Source of the DNA: Wolbachia endosymbiont strain TRS of Brugia malayi
Lineage (GTDB): Bacteria > Pseudomonadota > Alphaproteobacteria > Rickettsiales > Anaplasmataceae
Length of the DNA stretch: 32,000 bases
Assembly (NCBI RefSeq): GCF_000008385.1
Contig: NC_006833.1
Location: 450,001 to 482,000, forward strand
Reading direction: 5' to 3'
Shown: positions 1-11,400 of the stretch, piece by piece
How positions within the stretch are numbered: the stretch's first letter is position 1
Layout of the letters: every line of letters starts with the position of its first letter
The notes under the pieces: generated by a model
Told to the model about the DNA's origin: nothing
Databases searched by the model: none
The model's input: only the letters and a program-made list of their open reading frames with translations
Made by a program: the position numbers and the translations under genes

Positions 1-1
1 A

Positions 2-211
2 AGATCAACAATGAGAAAGAGTCAAATTGGCTCTGGAGATCGTTCTGAACGTATAAGAACTTATAACTTCCCACAATCAAGAATAACAGATCACAGAATC
101 AATCTAACTTCACATCAGCTAGAGCAGATTATAAAAGAAGGCGAGCTAGATGAATTTATTGAGGTATTAATTTCACGTAATGAAGCAGAAAGATTGGCTG
201 GGGAAAGTTAA
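2..211 (+). CDS. prfA: Peptide chain release factor 1, C-terminal fragment (gene begins upstream of window)
   Basis: The protein [36 protein letters not shown] is the characteristic RF1 C-terminal core ([22 protein letters not shown]). The frame is open to the window start, so ATG 11 is an internal Met. Confidence 0.95.
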
Positions 212-227
212 TACATATACACCTACA

Positions 228-1394
228 TTAATGTAATGTATTTTTTAAAAGCAACAAATAGATAGTAAAAATAAGTTCTAACACTACCGCAGAAAGAACA
301 AGGAGAGATACACTGATTGCCTGACCATTGTAAACGTAGCTTGTTAAACCGATAAAAATAGCTATGATAAAAGACCTGATAAACGAAACTGCAGAAGAAG
401 CTGTACCTTTGATATCAGGGAAAATATTCAATGATGCATTGAAGATGACTGGCTGGCAAATTGCACAACCAACCACGAAAATAATCATAGACAGTGTTAC
501 TAAGCAAGACAAATGGGGCATAGTTAAACTGAATATTACAAGCGATAGAGACCCTATGATAATCATGCCTGTACCAGAAATTACACATCTTATTGCCCCA
601 AGTTTCTGCAAAATTTTGCCAGTAAATAGACTGACAAGTGAGAAACATCCAACTATTGCACCTTGATGCAGCGCGTAAATAGTGCTAGATAAACCAAAAG
701 TTTTCATATATAAAAAAGGTCCACAAGTGATGAACGACATATAAGCAGCAGAAAAAAAGCTTGGTACCAAAGACAACGCCATAAATTTTGAACTCGATAA
801 TAACTTTCTATAATCTTTCATCATTTTTTTCAAATTGAAAATATCGCGGTCCTTTTTTGTTTCCGGTAACGCTAAAAGCAGTAAAATCCAAGAGATCAAA
901 CAAATTATTGCAACACTTGCATAATTGCCACGCCACCCAATAATTCCATTAATAAAACTACCTAAGACTGGTGCAATTGCCATGACAACTGTGAGAACAG
1001 AATTCATGATTCCAATAAATTTTATAGCTTTGTTTCCTTGATAACTATCTGCAATAATTGTAAATACAACTACAGATGTGCTAACACCAATACCTTGAAT
1101 AAAGCGGGAGGTTAAAAGCCAAAAAACTGACGGTGCAAAAACACAACCAATAGCGCCAATTAACAGTAAAGTATTACCTATGATCATAATTTTCCTTCTG
1201 CCATAACATTCAGATAACGGACCAAAAAATAGCCCTCCTATACAAAGGCCCAGGAAATTATAAGCAATAGTTAACTGAATTGTACCTTCCAATATATTGA
1301 AATAGCGTGCTATATCTGGAAAGCCAGGTACAGAAATATCAATTTCAATGAATTGGGCAATCAGAGATAGAATCAACAGAAAGGGTAGTAACAT
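228..1394 (-). CDS. MFS multidrug efflux transporter, Bcr/CflA-like
   Basis: 388-aa, ~12-TM hydrophobic protein. It has the MFS motif A-like GGLFFGPLSECYGRRKIM, the 'SRFIQGIG' segment and 'APVLGSFINGIIGWR', typical of Bcr/CflA drug:H+ antiporters. Confidence 0.88.
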   Translation of the reverse strand: MLLPFLLILSLIAQFIEIDISVPGFPDIARYFNILEGTIQLTIAYNFLGLCIGGLFFGPLSECYGRRKIMIIGNTLLLIGAIGCVFAPSVFWLLTSRFIQGIGVSTSVVVFTIIADSYQGNKAIKFIGIMNSVLTVVMAIAPVLGSFINGIIGWRGNYASVAIICLISWILLLLALPETKKDRDIFNLKKMMKDYRKLLSSSKFMALSLVPSFFSAAYMSFITCGPFLYMKTFGLSSTIYALHQGAIVGCFSLVSLFTGKILQKLGAIRCVISGTGMIIIGSLSLVIFSLTMPHLSCLVTLSMIIFVVGCAICQPVIFNASLNIFPDIKGTASSAVSFIRSFIIAIFIGLTSYVYNGQAISVSLLVLSAVVLELIFTIYLLLLKNTLH

Positions 1395-1565
1395 TTAAAA
1401 TTTCTAATTAATGGATAAAGGTAGCACATTTAAAGAGCTTAGCAAAGAACACTTTTATTATTACAAAAATGGCCCCCATTTTAAAATACTCTACATATTA
1501 CAAAAAGAAGTTTACATTAGATCTCTTGCATAACAAGCTAGCAGCGATATATAAACCTCAGGAAC

Positions 1566-1842
1566 GAAAAAATTACTTGACAAGCCCCGTCAGTCTCTTT
1601 ATCATGTACAGTAAGGTTGTTTTATATAACTTCCTAACCTGGGTAGGTTAAAACGGCAAGAAAGTTTTGTATTTGATGTACTGTTATTTAAATTTTTACA
1701 CTTGTACACCTTATGTCTTTATAAAACTAGGTTTTTACCTATAAAGCGTTTAAGGCTAAAAAACACCAAATATAGAAAATAGATAGTAATTAGGGCTTTT
1801 TTACCTTTTTCCCTATTTTAGTAAGTTTTTTAAATATTTGTA
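1566..1842 (-). repeat. Dispersed intergenic repeat, copy A
   Basis: The reverse complement aligns by eye with copies at 13532-13850, 25681-25992 and 31571-31876. Shared blocks are CTTAAACGCTTTATAGG, GTAAAAACCT, TATAAAGACATAAGGTGTAC, the AACCTACCCAGGTT hairpin and a TCAAGTAATTTTTT tail. Confidence 0.8.
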
Positions 1843-2599
1843 GCTAAGGATTTATATCAAACCTAAAATATAAGTTTTTAGTTATGAAAAGCAAAGTTTT
1901 TATAAGATTGACCTCACAGAAAGAAAAAGAGGAGGGAAAGTTAGGCTATTTTGAAATAAAATGAAACGCCTGTTTGCAAGGGTTGAGATAGAGGGAACAC
2001 ACAACAAAGTTTAAAGTGGAAGTATAAAAAATTACACATCAACATTTTCTACTCTTTTTCACGAATTTCATGTTAAATAACATGATTGCATATACCTTAT
2101 AGAAGGTATAAAAGTTTTTATGTTCTGGGTAACAGTTTACTCGATAATAGCACATTTTGTGGAATCTTAGAAACATTCTCTTTGCAAAAAGCGTAAAATT
2201 TGATGACCCTTTTTATCAAGGCAGGTCTTTCAGAGTAATAGTCCTACTGCTGTTGAATACGTAGCGAAATTTAGATTTAGAATAGTTTAAATCTGGACGG
2301 AGTTATTTACCCTTTAGCAGGCACCATGGAAGGCAAGATCAAAACTACGTAGTTTCGTATGTAGCAGTATCCAAAATTCCCGCCTCCATTTATTCCTATT
2401 TCTTCAACAAATTTCGTTTAGCTAACCAACAATGATATTATGGGTTGCTACCACCTTGGCAATACTAGAGCTGAGGAGATACTGGAGCAGGCAGTTAGTG
2501 AAATATGTAATGCACTTAATGTTCTAAACAAACGGGGTGCTTAGTATGTAGTTGTTACAAGTGCTTCTGACATTGACTTAATACTAGCTTTTAACAAAA

Positions 2600-2980
2600 A
2601 TGGAAAAGCCAAAGGTACTAGCTACAAAACTCACAGAGAGTTTCAATGTAAAATTAGCTAACAGTTTAGATGATATGAGGGAAAGTACAGATCTTGAAAC
2701 AAAAGTATTTGACCTTAACTCTAAAATGAAAAATATGCTTAGCGAATATAAGAGCAAAGGTTTAAATTATCAAGATGTGTGTATATTGAATGTTGCAGAT
2801 CAATTTAGAGGATTTAAGGAAAACATAAAAATACTTTTAAAGTTGATCCTAAAAGGAAAACTTGACGCTCACTATAATCCTGGGTGTAGTAAAGAAACAC
2901 TAAAGAACTATTTCTTTTTTGACTGTTTCCACTCAACTGCGGAACCTCACCATAAAGTTGGTAATGAAATATACGCTTGA
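2600..2980 (+). CDS. Hypothetical 126-aa protein, possibly a fragment of a decayed gene
   Basis: Open ATG-initiated frame with no recognised motif. A different frame just upstream (MGCYHLGNTRAEEILEQAVSEICNALNVLNKRGA*) also looks gene-like, which suggests a disrupted gene. Confidence 0.3.
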   Translation: MEKPKVLATKLTESFNVKLANSLDDMRESTDLETKVFDLNSKMKNMLSEYKSKGLNYQDVCILNVADQFRGFKENIKILLKLILKGKLDAHYNPGCSKETLKNYFFFDCFHSTAEPHHKVGNEIYA

Positions 2981-3109
2981 TTAAAAGCGATGAATGTGAG
3001 TTAATTTACACTAAATAACAAGAGAGTGTGCTCTTGTAACCAGATTGATTGATAAATTGATTTTACTATCATTGCAGCTTATTATGCATAGATAATCTCA
3101 GTAAAAATA

Positions 3110-5737
3110 ATGAAGCTAAATGAAATTAGAGAAAGATTTATAAAATTTTTTGTACGTAATAACCACAAGCAGGTTTTTTCTTCTCCTTTAATTCCAGAAC
3201 ATGACCCAACGCTTATGTTCACAAATGCTGGCATGGTGCAGTTTAAAAACATCTTTACCGGTATACAAAAAACTGACATAAAACGTGCTGTCTCGAGTCA
3301 AAAGTGTCTGAGAGTAGGCGGTAAACATAACGATCTTGAAAATGTCGGCTATACGACTCGGCACCACACATTTTTTGAAATGCTCGGAAATTTTAGTTTC
3401 GGTGATTACTTCAAAGAAACTGCGATAGAATTTGCGTGGAAATTTATCACTGAAGAATTGTCTCTTGATAAAAACAGATTGTCCATAACCATCTACCATA
3501 CTGATGATAAGTCATACGAAATTTGGCGTAAGGTAAGTGGCTTTTCAAACGATAAAATCATCAGGATTGCAACAGATGACAATTTTTGGAGTATGGGCAA
3601 TATTGGCCCATGTGGGCCATGTTCTGAAATTTTTTACGACTATGCAAAGCCTAATCTACAGAACGATGACAGAATTGTTGAAATCTGGAATCTAGTATTC
3701 ATGGAATTTAATAAAGATGAGGAAGGCAATTTGCAAAAATTGCCAAAAAAATGCATCGATACTGGTATGGGCCTTGAGAGAGTAGCTGCTGTAATGCAAA
3801 ACGTCTATGATAACTATGACATTGATCTATTTTCCGCTCTGATAAGTAAATCACAGGAATATTGTGGAAATGTAGAGAATAAAGCAGCACATAAGATCAT
3901 TGCAGATCACCTTCGTGCAGCTGCATTTCTCATTGCAGAAGGGGTACTCCCTGGAAATGAAGGTAGAAATTATATATTACGCAGATTAATCAGGAGAGCC
4001 GTGCGTTACATTCATCAACTTGGATATAATGATCCCCTACTCCATCGCATTTTTCCAGTGCTGATAGATAGCACAAGTTCAGCTTATATGGGAGGTGTCT
4101 ATCCTGAATTAATCAGAGCTAAAAGCTTAATAGAAACGACATTAAAATCAGAGGAAGAAAACTTTAAAGACACTCTGATAAAAGGTATTAATCTTTTGAA
4201 GAAATTCACTACAGATTTGAAACCAGGCGATACTTTATCGGGAGAGTCAGCGTTTAAACTATATGATACTTACGGATTTCCTTTAGATATCACACTCGAT
4301 ATTTTAAAAGAAAGAAAAATAAATTTCGATCAAAAGGGTTTTGATAATGCAATGGAAGAACAGAAAGAAAGAGCACGTGCTAAATGGACCGGATCTGGTG
4401 AAAAATCCATTGAGCAAATATGGTTTAATTTGATTGATAAATTTGGCAAAACAGAGTTTGTTGGTTATGAGTTTAGTGAGGTAAAGGATGCGAAAGTACT
4501 AGTCATACTTTCCTCTAAAAATGAAGTAATTGATTCTGCAAAAGAGGGAGAGAAGATAACCATTATACTTGATAAAACACCTTTTTATGGCGAATCAGGT
4601 GGACAGGTGGGAGATACTGGTAGTTTCATTATCCCTTCTATCACCCCAGTGCTTGATACTAAGATCCAGAAAAAAAATGATAGGTCATGCGATCGTATTA
4701 CTGAAGGTATAGCTATAGTAGAGAATACCAATAAAGTTAATGACCTATACTTACACAGATGCATAGTTAAATCTGGCTCAATTTGTAAAGATGACATAGT
4801 TACAGCAAGCACTGACAAGGAAAGAAGGCAAAACCTAAGAAGAAATCACTCAGCTACACATCTTCTGCACTTTGCATTAAGAAAAATCTTGGGTGATCAT
4901 GTCACTCAAAAAGGTTCCCTAATTGCACCAGATAGATTACGATTTGACTTCAGTCATAACACTCAAGTTACTCGCGATCAGCTGTCTTTGATAGAAGATA
5001 TGGTAAACTCTTTAATCAGAGAAAATCTTTCCGCATTCACAAAAATTCAGAGCATGAATCAGGCAATAGGTGAAGGGGCTATGGCACTATTCGGTAAAAA
5101 ATATGGCGATCAAGTTAGAGTTGTAAACATTGGAGATTCAAAAGAGTTATGTGGTGGCACACACGTGGAGCGTACTGGAGAAATTGGTTTATTTAAGATA
5201 ATAACAGAATGTTCCATTGCATCTGGAGTAAGAAGAATCGAAGCTTTAACCGGTCAAGAAGCAATTGATTATGCACGTGATAATGAAATCAACTTAAGAA
5301 AAATTGCAGAACTCGTAAAAGCGCCAGTAAATGAAATAACAAGCCGGTTAAGTATTTTAAACCAAGAGCGCAAAGAGTCCGAAACTAAAATAAAAAGCCT
5401 CTACAAAAAGCTTGTAAGCGCAGAAAACATAAAAAGCATTGAAATAAATGGAATGAATTTCGTAAGCCACTCTTTTACTGACATTCCAGCAAATATAGTA
5501 AGGGAATTCACTTTACAGCAACAAAAACCAAAAACGGTAATAGCTTTTACGGCAATGGAGAAAAATAAAACAGTGTTGATCGTTAAAGTAAGTAAAGATT
5601 TAGTCGATAAAATTAGCACGAAAGAACTGGTATCTACTGTAACTGGGGGAGTTTGTGGTGAAAATGCTGAGCTCACTCAAACAGGCTGTGATAGTAGTGA
5701 TATTTTCACAGCTATTTACAGTTACTTAACAAGATAG
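3110..5737 (+). CDS. alaS: Alanyl-tRNA synthetase
   Basis: 875 aa with the AlaRS N-terminus ([46 protein letters not shown]), the class II '[13 protein letters not shown]' segment, the editing-domain '[14 protein letters not shown]' and '[14 protein letters not shown]'. Confidence 0.98.
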
Positions 5738-5741
5738 TGTA

Positions 5742-8399
5742 TTATGCCCCTGCTGCTGAGCAAAGCTCGTTAACGGAATTCTTATGTTCCTGTGTTACAA
5801 GCTCATTCAATTTAGTGCTTACTGTTCTTTCTGTTCCTTGACAGATGTTTTTATCTTTGCTGATTAATGTGAATTCAATATCCTTAAAAAATCTATCCCA
5901 CATTCCACACAGATGATCTTTTATTTTAGGCCATATATCCTTTTTAAATGTTTCACCATCATCAGAAAATACATCACCTACTAAAGCTCCCATTTCTTCA
6001 TAACTCAACTCAAAATATTTAAGCAATGTCTCTACTTCCTTATAAGTATCATGTGCCATATCTAATGCTCTTCCTTCTGTACTTTCATTCTTTTTTGTAG
6101 CTGACCAGCCCATTTTAATATAGCCTAAACCAACTTTGCAAGAGCCCCAAAACCGTGAAAGTCCACTTTTATTATCCTTTGGTACATTATTTATTATATT
6201 TCCTGCCAAATTACCTATCAAAGGAGACAATAAAACTTGACAAAAATGTTTGACATTATCTTTCGTTTTAATCACAGGATATTTGATGCATTTCTCTGCT
6301 AAATAATACTCAAGTTCTGCTTTTTCTAATAATTTTTTGATTGCCTCCCCATCAAAGGCTTCATTCCTCTTGAATATATCTAGCAACTCATCTTCTATTA
6401 TTGCAAATTTTATTTTTTCTCGAGACGTTAGCTCTTCTTTGTAATCATTTTTTGTTTTTTCATTTATTAATAACCATTCTTTACATAACTCCAGTTGTTC
6501 TAATGCTTTTAGAATTCTTTCATTCCTTTCTAAGAGCACTTTTATTGATTTTGTACACGGATGCCCTTTTTCCCTACCATTTAGTTTGGTTTTTAAACGC
6601 TCATTTTGACCTTTTAGTGCTTGTTCTACTTCTAAATTTTCTTGTTCCTGCTTGCGGGAAGCCTCAATCATTTCTGCCAGATCTGGTTCATATTCTTTCA
6701 ATATCCTGCATAAATCCAGAACACCTCTCTTTTGTTCTTGAAGTAATCTTTGCATTTCATATTGTTTTATCTCTAAATACGTCTTTTCTACAAAGCCATT
6801 TACTTCACCTGAAGTTTTTGCTTTCAGCCCATCAATCTCTTCCTCTAAGGACTGCTTTACCCTATCATCTAATCTACTCAGTAGAGTCCGAATAGCTTTT
6901 ATTCTTGATTCTATTAACCTTTGCTCAATCTCTTGATCATCGTGTTCTAATTTAAAAAGATCTTCTAATCTCCTTTTTAAGGCACCACCTTTTAAGTTGC
7001 TGTTTCTCCAATTCTCATGTATTTCTTCCAATTCTTTACATATATCATTATACCTTTTCAATACTACCTCTTTTAAATATCGAATTTCTTCTTTTGCATT
7101 ATCTAGAGCTGTCCTTGTTTCTTGAAGATACTTATTCTCAGAAACCTCAATAAATGTTCTTTTACGTACTTCTTTGTTGTACTTCCATTCCGCTTCATAC
7201 ACAGAAAACTCACATTCTTTTAAGTCTTTTGGTACTTCTACCCCTGCATTTTCCAAATCTTCTATTATAATATCTTTTTTACTTGATAACTCTTTACCTT
7301 GGTTTTTTAATTCTTGCTTTACTAATACTTCTTTCAGCCTTTCCTCTAAGGAAAAACCTTCCTTTCTTATTCCCTCTCCCTGTGCAATCTTGATTGCCTG
7401 TATAAAGGCAACTCCGTAAGCATCCTGTATTAAGTGACTTGTCAATTTAGGACCTACACTATTCACTACTTTTAGTCTGAATCCGTTCAACAGTTCCTTC
7501 AGCTTATCATAAGTAATATCTTTCTTTTCTATTTTTATCAGCTCCTCCATAGTTCTTGCGAACTCCTGAATTGAAGTCTCGAGCACCTCCTTGATCTCAT
7601 TACGCAAAGGCACGAGACCATTTCTTAAATGGATATTAGCTGATAATTTCAGTACGGTATTATGTTCTGAATCCCGTATAACAAATGGTTTATCATTTTT
7701 ATCTTCACACAAATCTCTAAGCAACTGCTCAAATTGTGACGGAAATTTCATTTCCATATTCCATGTAATGTTTGGCCCAGTAACTTCTGTTTCATGAAAA
7801 GATATCTCAACATTTTGGTGTTCATTATAATATAACCCCATACTTACTTTAAGAGCAGCAATCAAAGAGTAAGATAATTCTTTATTCAAAAGATAAAAAG
7901 TAGCCAAGGCGAGCGTTGCAGGAATAATTAATACCACAAGCACAGCTATATTAACAAGAATTGCTATTGCGGCAAGAACACCACATGCTAATCTTTTTAT
8001 TGTACTTTCACTTACTTCACTCTTTTTTATTTTATTTTCCTCTGAACTATTCTGTGTTTCATCGTTTATTTTAAACCTGTTATATATAACTAACCCTAAT
8101 GCAGTAAAAGCGATATAAGGAAGCATTAAAACAGATAGAGCTAAATTCAACACCCGTTTTTCCGTGCAAGCTCTGTTTATCTCCTTAAATATTTCACTTG
8201 ATACATTACACCAGGAAGTAAAGAAGTCAGAGTCATAACTTTTATAATGAAATATACTCAGTGGAATATCAAACCCAGCTAACAATTTCTTCTTTTCTTC
8301 CAAACTAGAAACAGATTGTTGTTCTCCTAAAGTAACAATAGGCTCTTCTTTATTGTTATTTGAGCTAAAAACTTTTTCACAAACTACAACAGTATTCAT
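5742..8399 (-). CDS. Large uncharacterised protein with N-terminal transmembrane segments and an extended coiled-coil/charged domain
   Basis: Uninterrupted 885-aa ORF. The hydrophobic segments (LNLALSVLMLPYIAFTALGLVIY and LACGVLAAIAILVNIAVLVVLIIPATLALATFYLL) are followed by long Glu/Lys/Leu-rich helical sequence. No family recognised from sequence. Confidence 0.85.
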   Translation of the reverse strand: MNTVVVCEKVFSSNNNKEEPIVTLGEQQSVSSLEEKKKLLAGFDIPLSIFHYKSYDSDFFTSWCNVSSEIFKEINRACTEKRVLNLALSVLMLPYIAFTALGLVIYNRFKINDETQNSSEENKIKKSEVSESTIKRLACGVLAAIAILVNIAVLVVLIIPATLALATFYLLNKELSYSLIAALKVSMGLYYNEHQNVEISFHETEVTGPNITWNMEMKFPSQFEQLLRDLCEDKNDKPFVIRDSEHNTVLKLSANIHLRNGLVPLRNEIKEVLETSIQEFARTMEELIKIEKKDITYDKLKELLNGFRLKVVNSVGPKLTSHLIQDAYGVAFIQAIKIAQGEGIRKEGFSLEERLKEVLVKQELKNQGKELSSKKDIIIEDLENAGVEVPKDLKECEFSVYEAEWKYNKEVRKRTFIEVSENKYLQETRTALDNAKEEIRYLKEVVLKRYNDICKELEEIHENWRNSNLKGGALKRRLEDLFKLEHDDQEIEQRLIESRIKAIRTLLSRLDDRVKQSLEEEIDGLKAKTSGEVNGFVEKTYLEIKQYEMQRLLQEQKRGVLDLCRILKEYEPDLAEMIEASRKQEQENLEVEQALKGQNERLKTKLNGREKGHPCTKSIKVLLERNERILKALEQLELCKEWLLINEKTKNDYKEELTSREKIKFAIIEDELLDIFKRNEAFDGEAIKKLLEKAELEYYLAEKCIKYPVIKTKDNVKHFCQVLLSPLIGNLAGNIINNVPKDNKSGLSRFWGSCKVGLGYIKMGWSATKKNESTEGRALDMAHDTYKEVETLLKYFELSYEEMGALVGDVFSDDGETFKKDIWPKIKDHLCGMWDRFFKDIEFTLISKDKNICQGTERTVSTKLNELVTQEHKNSVNELCSAAGA

Positions 8400-8459
8400 A
8401 TTATATCACTTTACCTCAATTACCTTAAGTATAGCATAAATGCTGACAATTTACAACTG

Positions 8460-11400
8460 TTAACAATTTAGCTCAATACCAACAATTAAATCTTGGTATT
8501 CTTTAGAATAAAAATTGTCTCCAATTTCTATATTAATTTCTAAAGATAAGGAAAGAGTCTGCTCTCTTATATACTCACCCCACGTATTTATTGCTCTTTT
8601 AATTTTCTCATCTTCGGTTTTGATTATTACTCTGATTCTATCGGATATATGAAAGTCAGCTTGCTTTCTGGCTTCCTGAATAAGCCTTACAACATCTCTT
8701 GCAAGCCCCTCTAGAACCAGAGCATCATCTAAGGCAGTATTCAGGATAACAATCCCTTTGTTGTCACCAAACACAGAAGAGTATTCACTGTTCGTCTTTA
8801 ATAATAGCTCATATTCGTCTTTCTCTATAATGTAGCTTTCTGACTCATTGCCTAAAAATACTTGCTCATTATCAACTTGCTTCCATTTCCCCTCCTTGAC
8901 ATATTGAACTAGTTTCTTGACCTTGTCTGGAATTCTTTTCCCAAGCATAGGGAAGTTTAGTTTCAACTCCAATGATGCAATACCTTCAAGGCTATTTACT
9001 AATTTTAGCTCTTTCACGTTTACTTCATCTTTTATCATCTCTTGGTATTCATTCATGCTCGTTTTCATCTCGGCGTTTGACCATTTCTTCTCTTTCTGGG
9101 TCCCGGTGTCACGCATTGGGATGACAGGAGAGAATTTTGGAATAACAACAGAAAGTGGCTTACTTTCAAGAAAACTGCAGGAGGACTGATGATAAACGGT
9201 CATACTACCAAGTGGCTGTCTGACACGTATATTGAAAGTGTTTCTAATAGATAATGCAGAGTTGCATATTTCTCTTACCAAATCCATCTTGGCAATGAGT
9301 TCACTATCATACCTCTCTAACTGTGGAAAATCAGCCAAATGAACAGATATTTCTTTATACTTAAGCCCCTGCCATATAGTCTCTGTTATAAGTGGCAACA
9401 AAGGAACTGCGGCTCTTAATATGTAATAAAAAACCGTATATAGAACATTGTAAGCATCAGTTTTATCTTGGTCCAAGTTACTTTTCCAAAAACGCTCACG
9501 ACTGCGACGAATATACCAATTATTTAGTACTTCAAAAAAATCTATCAGAATTTTACAAGCTTCTTGGGAATTATAGTTGCTCATAGAAGCTTGGATACTT
9601 TCCACAGCCTCAAAGCATTTGAAAATCATGTAGGAATCAATAGTACTTTTATAGTCCTTACAAACTTCAGCTTTAATTCCGTCTGCGTTTGCGTACATGG
9701 TAAAAAAGTGATAACTATTCCAAATAGGTTTCATTACGTTTTTCAGAACGTCCCGTATTGAGCTTCCTTCTTTATTAAGGAATAAATTGCCACCACAAAC
9801 AATAGATCCAGAAAGCATAAGAAAACGCAGTGCATCAGAACCATATTTATCAAAAACCTCCATCGGGTCTGCATAATTATTTAAACGTTTGGATAATTTT
9901 TGTCCTTTTACATCGAGAACTACACCGTGACATATGCAGTTCTTAAATGGTTCACTGTCAAATAAAGCAGTGGATAACACAAAAAGCGTATAGAACCACC
10001 CTCTTGTTTGTGCTATATATTCAGTAATAAAATCTGCGGGGAAGTTACTCTCAAACCACTCTTTATTTTCGAACGGATAGTGAACTTGTGCAAATGGCAC
10101 CGAGCCAGATTCAAACCAACAGTCAAACACGTCAGGTACACGACGCATAATCGATTTTCCTGTTGGGTCATCAGGATTTGGTCTTGTTAAAGAATCAATA
10201 AATGGTCTGTGTAAATCATTCACTTTAACATTAAAATCTCTTTCTAATTCTGCTATTGAACCATATACATCCACCCTTGGATATCTTGCATTATCTGATT
10301 TCCATATAGGAATTGGCGTACCCCAAAACCGGTTGCGAGAAATCGACCAATCATGTGCTCTTTCAAGCCACTTTCCAAATTGACCATCTCTTATGTGAGT
10401 TGGTATCCAATTAACTCTCTTATTCAGCTCAATCATTCTCTCCTTGAACTTTGTTACAGCAACGTACCAAGAAGGCATAGCGCGATAAATCAAAGGAGTG
10501 TCAGTCCTCCAGCAGTGAGGATAATTGTGTATATATTGTTCAGTTTTGAACCAATTTCCTTGCTCTTTTAACTTCTTTATTATCGCATCATTGGTATCAA
10601 AAACGTGAATTCCTGTTAAATCTGAAACTTCAGCAGTAAATCTTCCACTGTTATCAATTGGACAAATGGCTGGAATATCATGGCTTTGACATAAGTAAAA
10701 ATCTTCTTCACCAAACCCAGGAGCAGTGTGTACAACACCAGTACCATCTTCTCCTGTAACATAATCAGCAATGAAAACACGAAATGCATTCTTCGTACCT
10801 TTAAAATAATTAAACAGTGGCTTATAAGAAAGACCTGCTAGGTCATCTGCTTTAAGTTTTGTATTGCAGTTTTCATATGGAATATTGTTTTGTTCACAAT
10901 GACCGATAAATTTTTCCAGGTAGTCTTCAGCAAAGATATATATCTCATTATTTACTAGACTTACTTCATTGTCCTCTGTTACCGTCTCAGTGCCTTCTTC
11001 TGTCATCCCAGTTCTTGACAGTGGGATCCAGGTTTCTTTTTCTCTAGATTCCAGTGTCACGTGCTGGAATGACACTGAAGAGTGAACTGACACTGCACAA
11101 TACTCAATATCTTTTCCTATCGCTAAAGCCAAGTTACTCGGCAACGTCCAAGGAGTTGTAGTCCAGGCAAGTAATTTACATTTTTGTTTAAACTGCTGTG
11201 GATTTTCTAAAAGCTCAAATGCAACAGTTACAGCTTTGCTAGTCTTTTTCCTATATGCAGTATCAAGCCTTGTTTCAAAATTAGATAACGGAGTTTCACA
11301 TGCCCAACTGTATGGAACAACGCGCACCGATTCATATACCAGACCTTTATCATAAAGCTGCTTAAACGCCCATATGACCGACTCCATGAATGACCTATCC

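Noticed and set aside
1469-1651. 60-aa plus-strand ORF
   Set aside because: Ends inside repeat copy A, has no motif and is low complexity.
28-2420. Possible permuted tmRNA 3' end at about 2386-2400 ('TTCCCGCCTCCA')
   Set aside because: No convincing T-arm, no 5' tmRNA signature (GGGG..TGATTCTGGATTCGACG-like) and no ANDN-type tag reading frame was found nearby.
3082-5676. Antisense ORFs opposite alaS
   Set aside because: alaS is unambiguous across the whole interval. The antisense frames have no recognisable domain.
6401-9189. Antisense ORFs (6401-6895, 7174-7419, 7591-7797, 8917-9189) opposite the 885-aa gene and ileS
   Set aside because: They sit opposite strong ORFs, and their composition (Leu/Phe/Ser/His-rich) is that expected from the complement of AT-rich, Lys/Glu/Leu-rich coding sequence.
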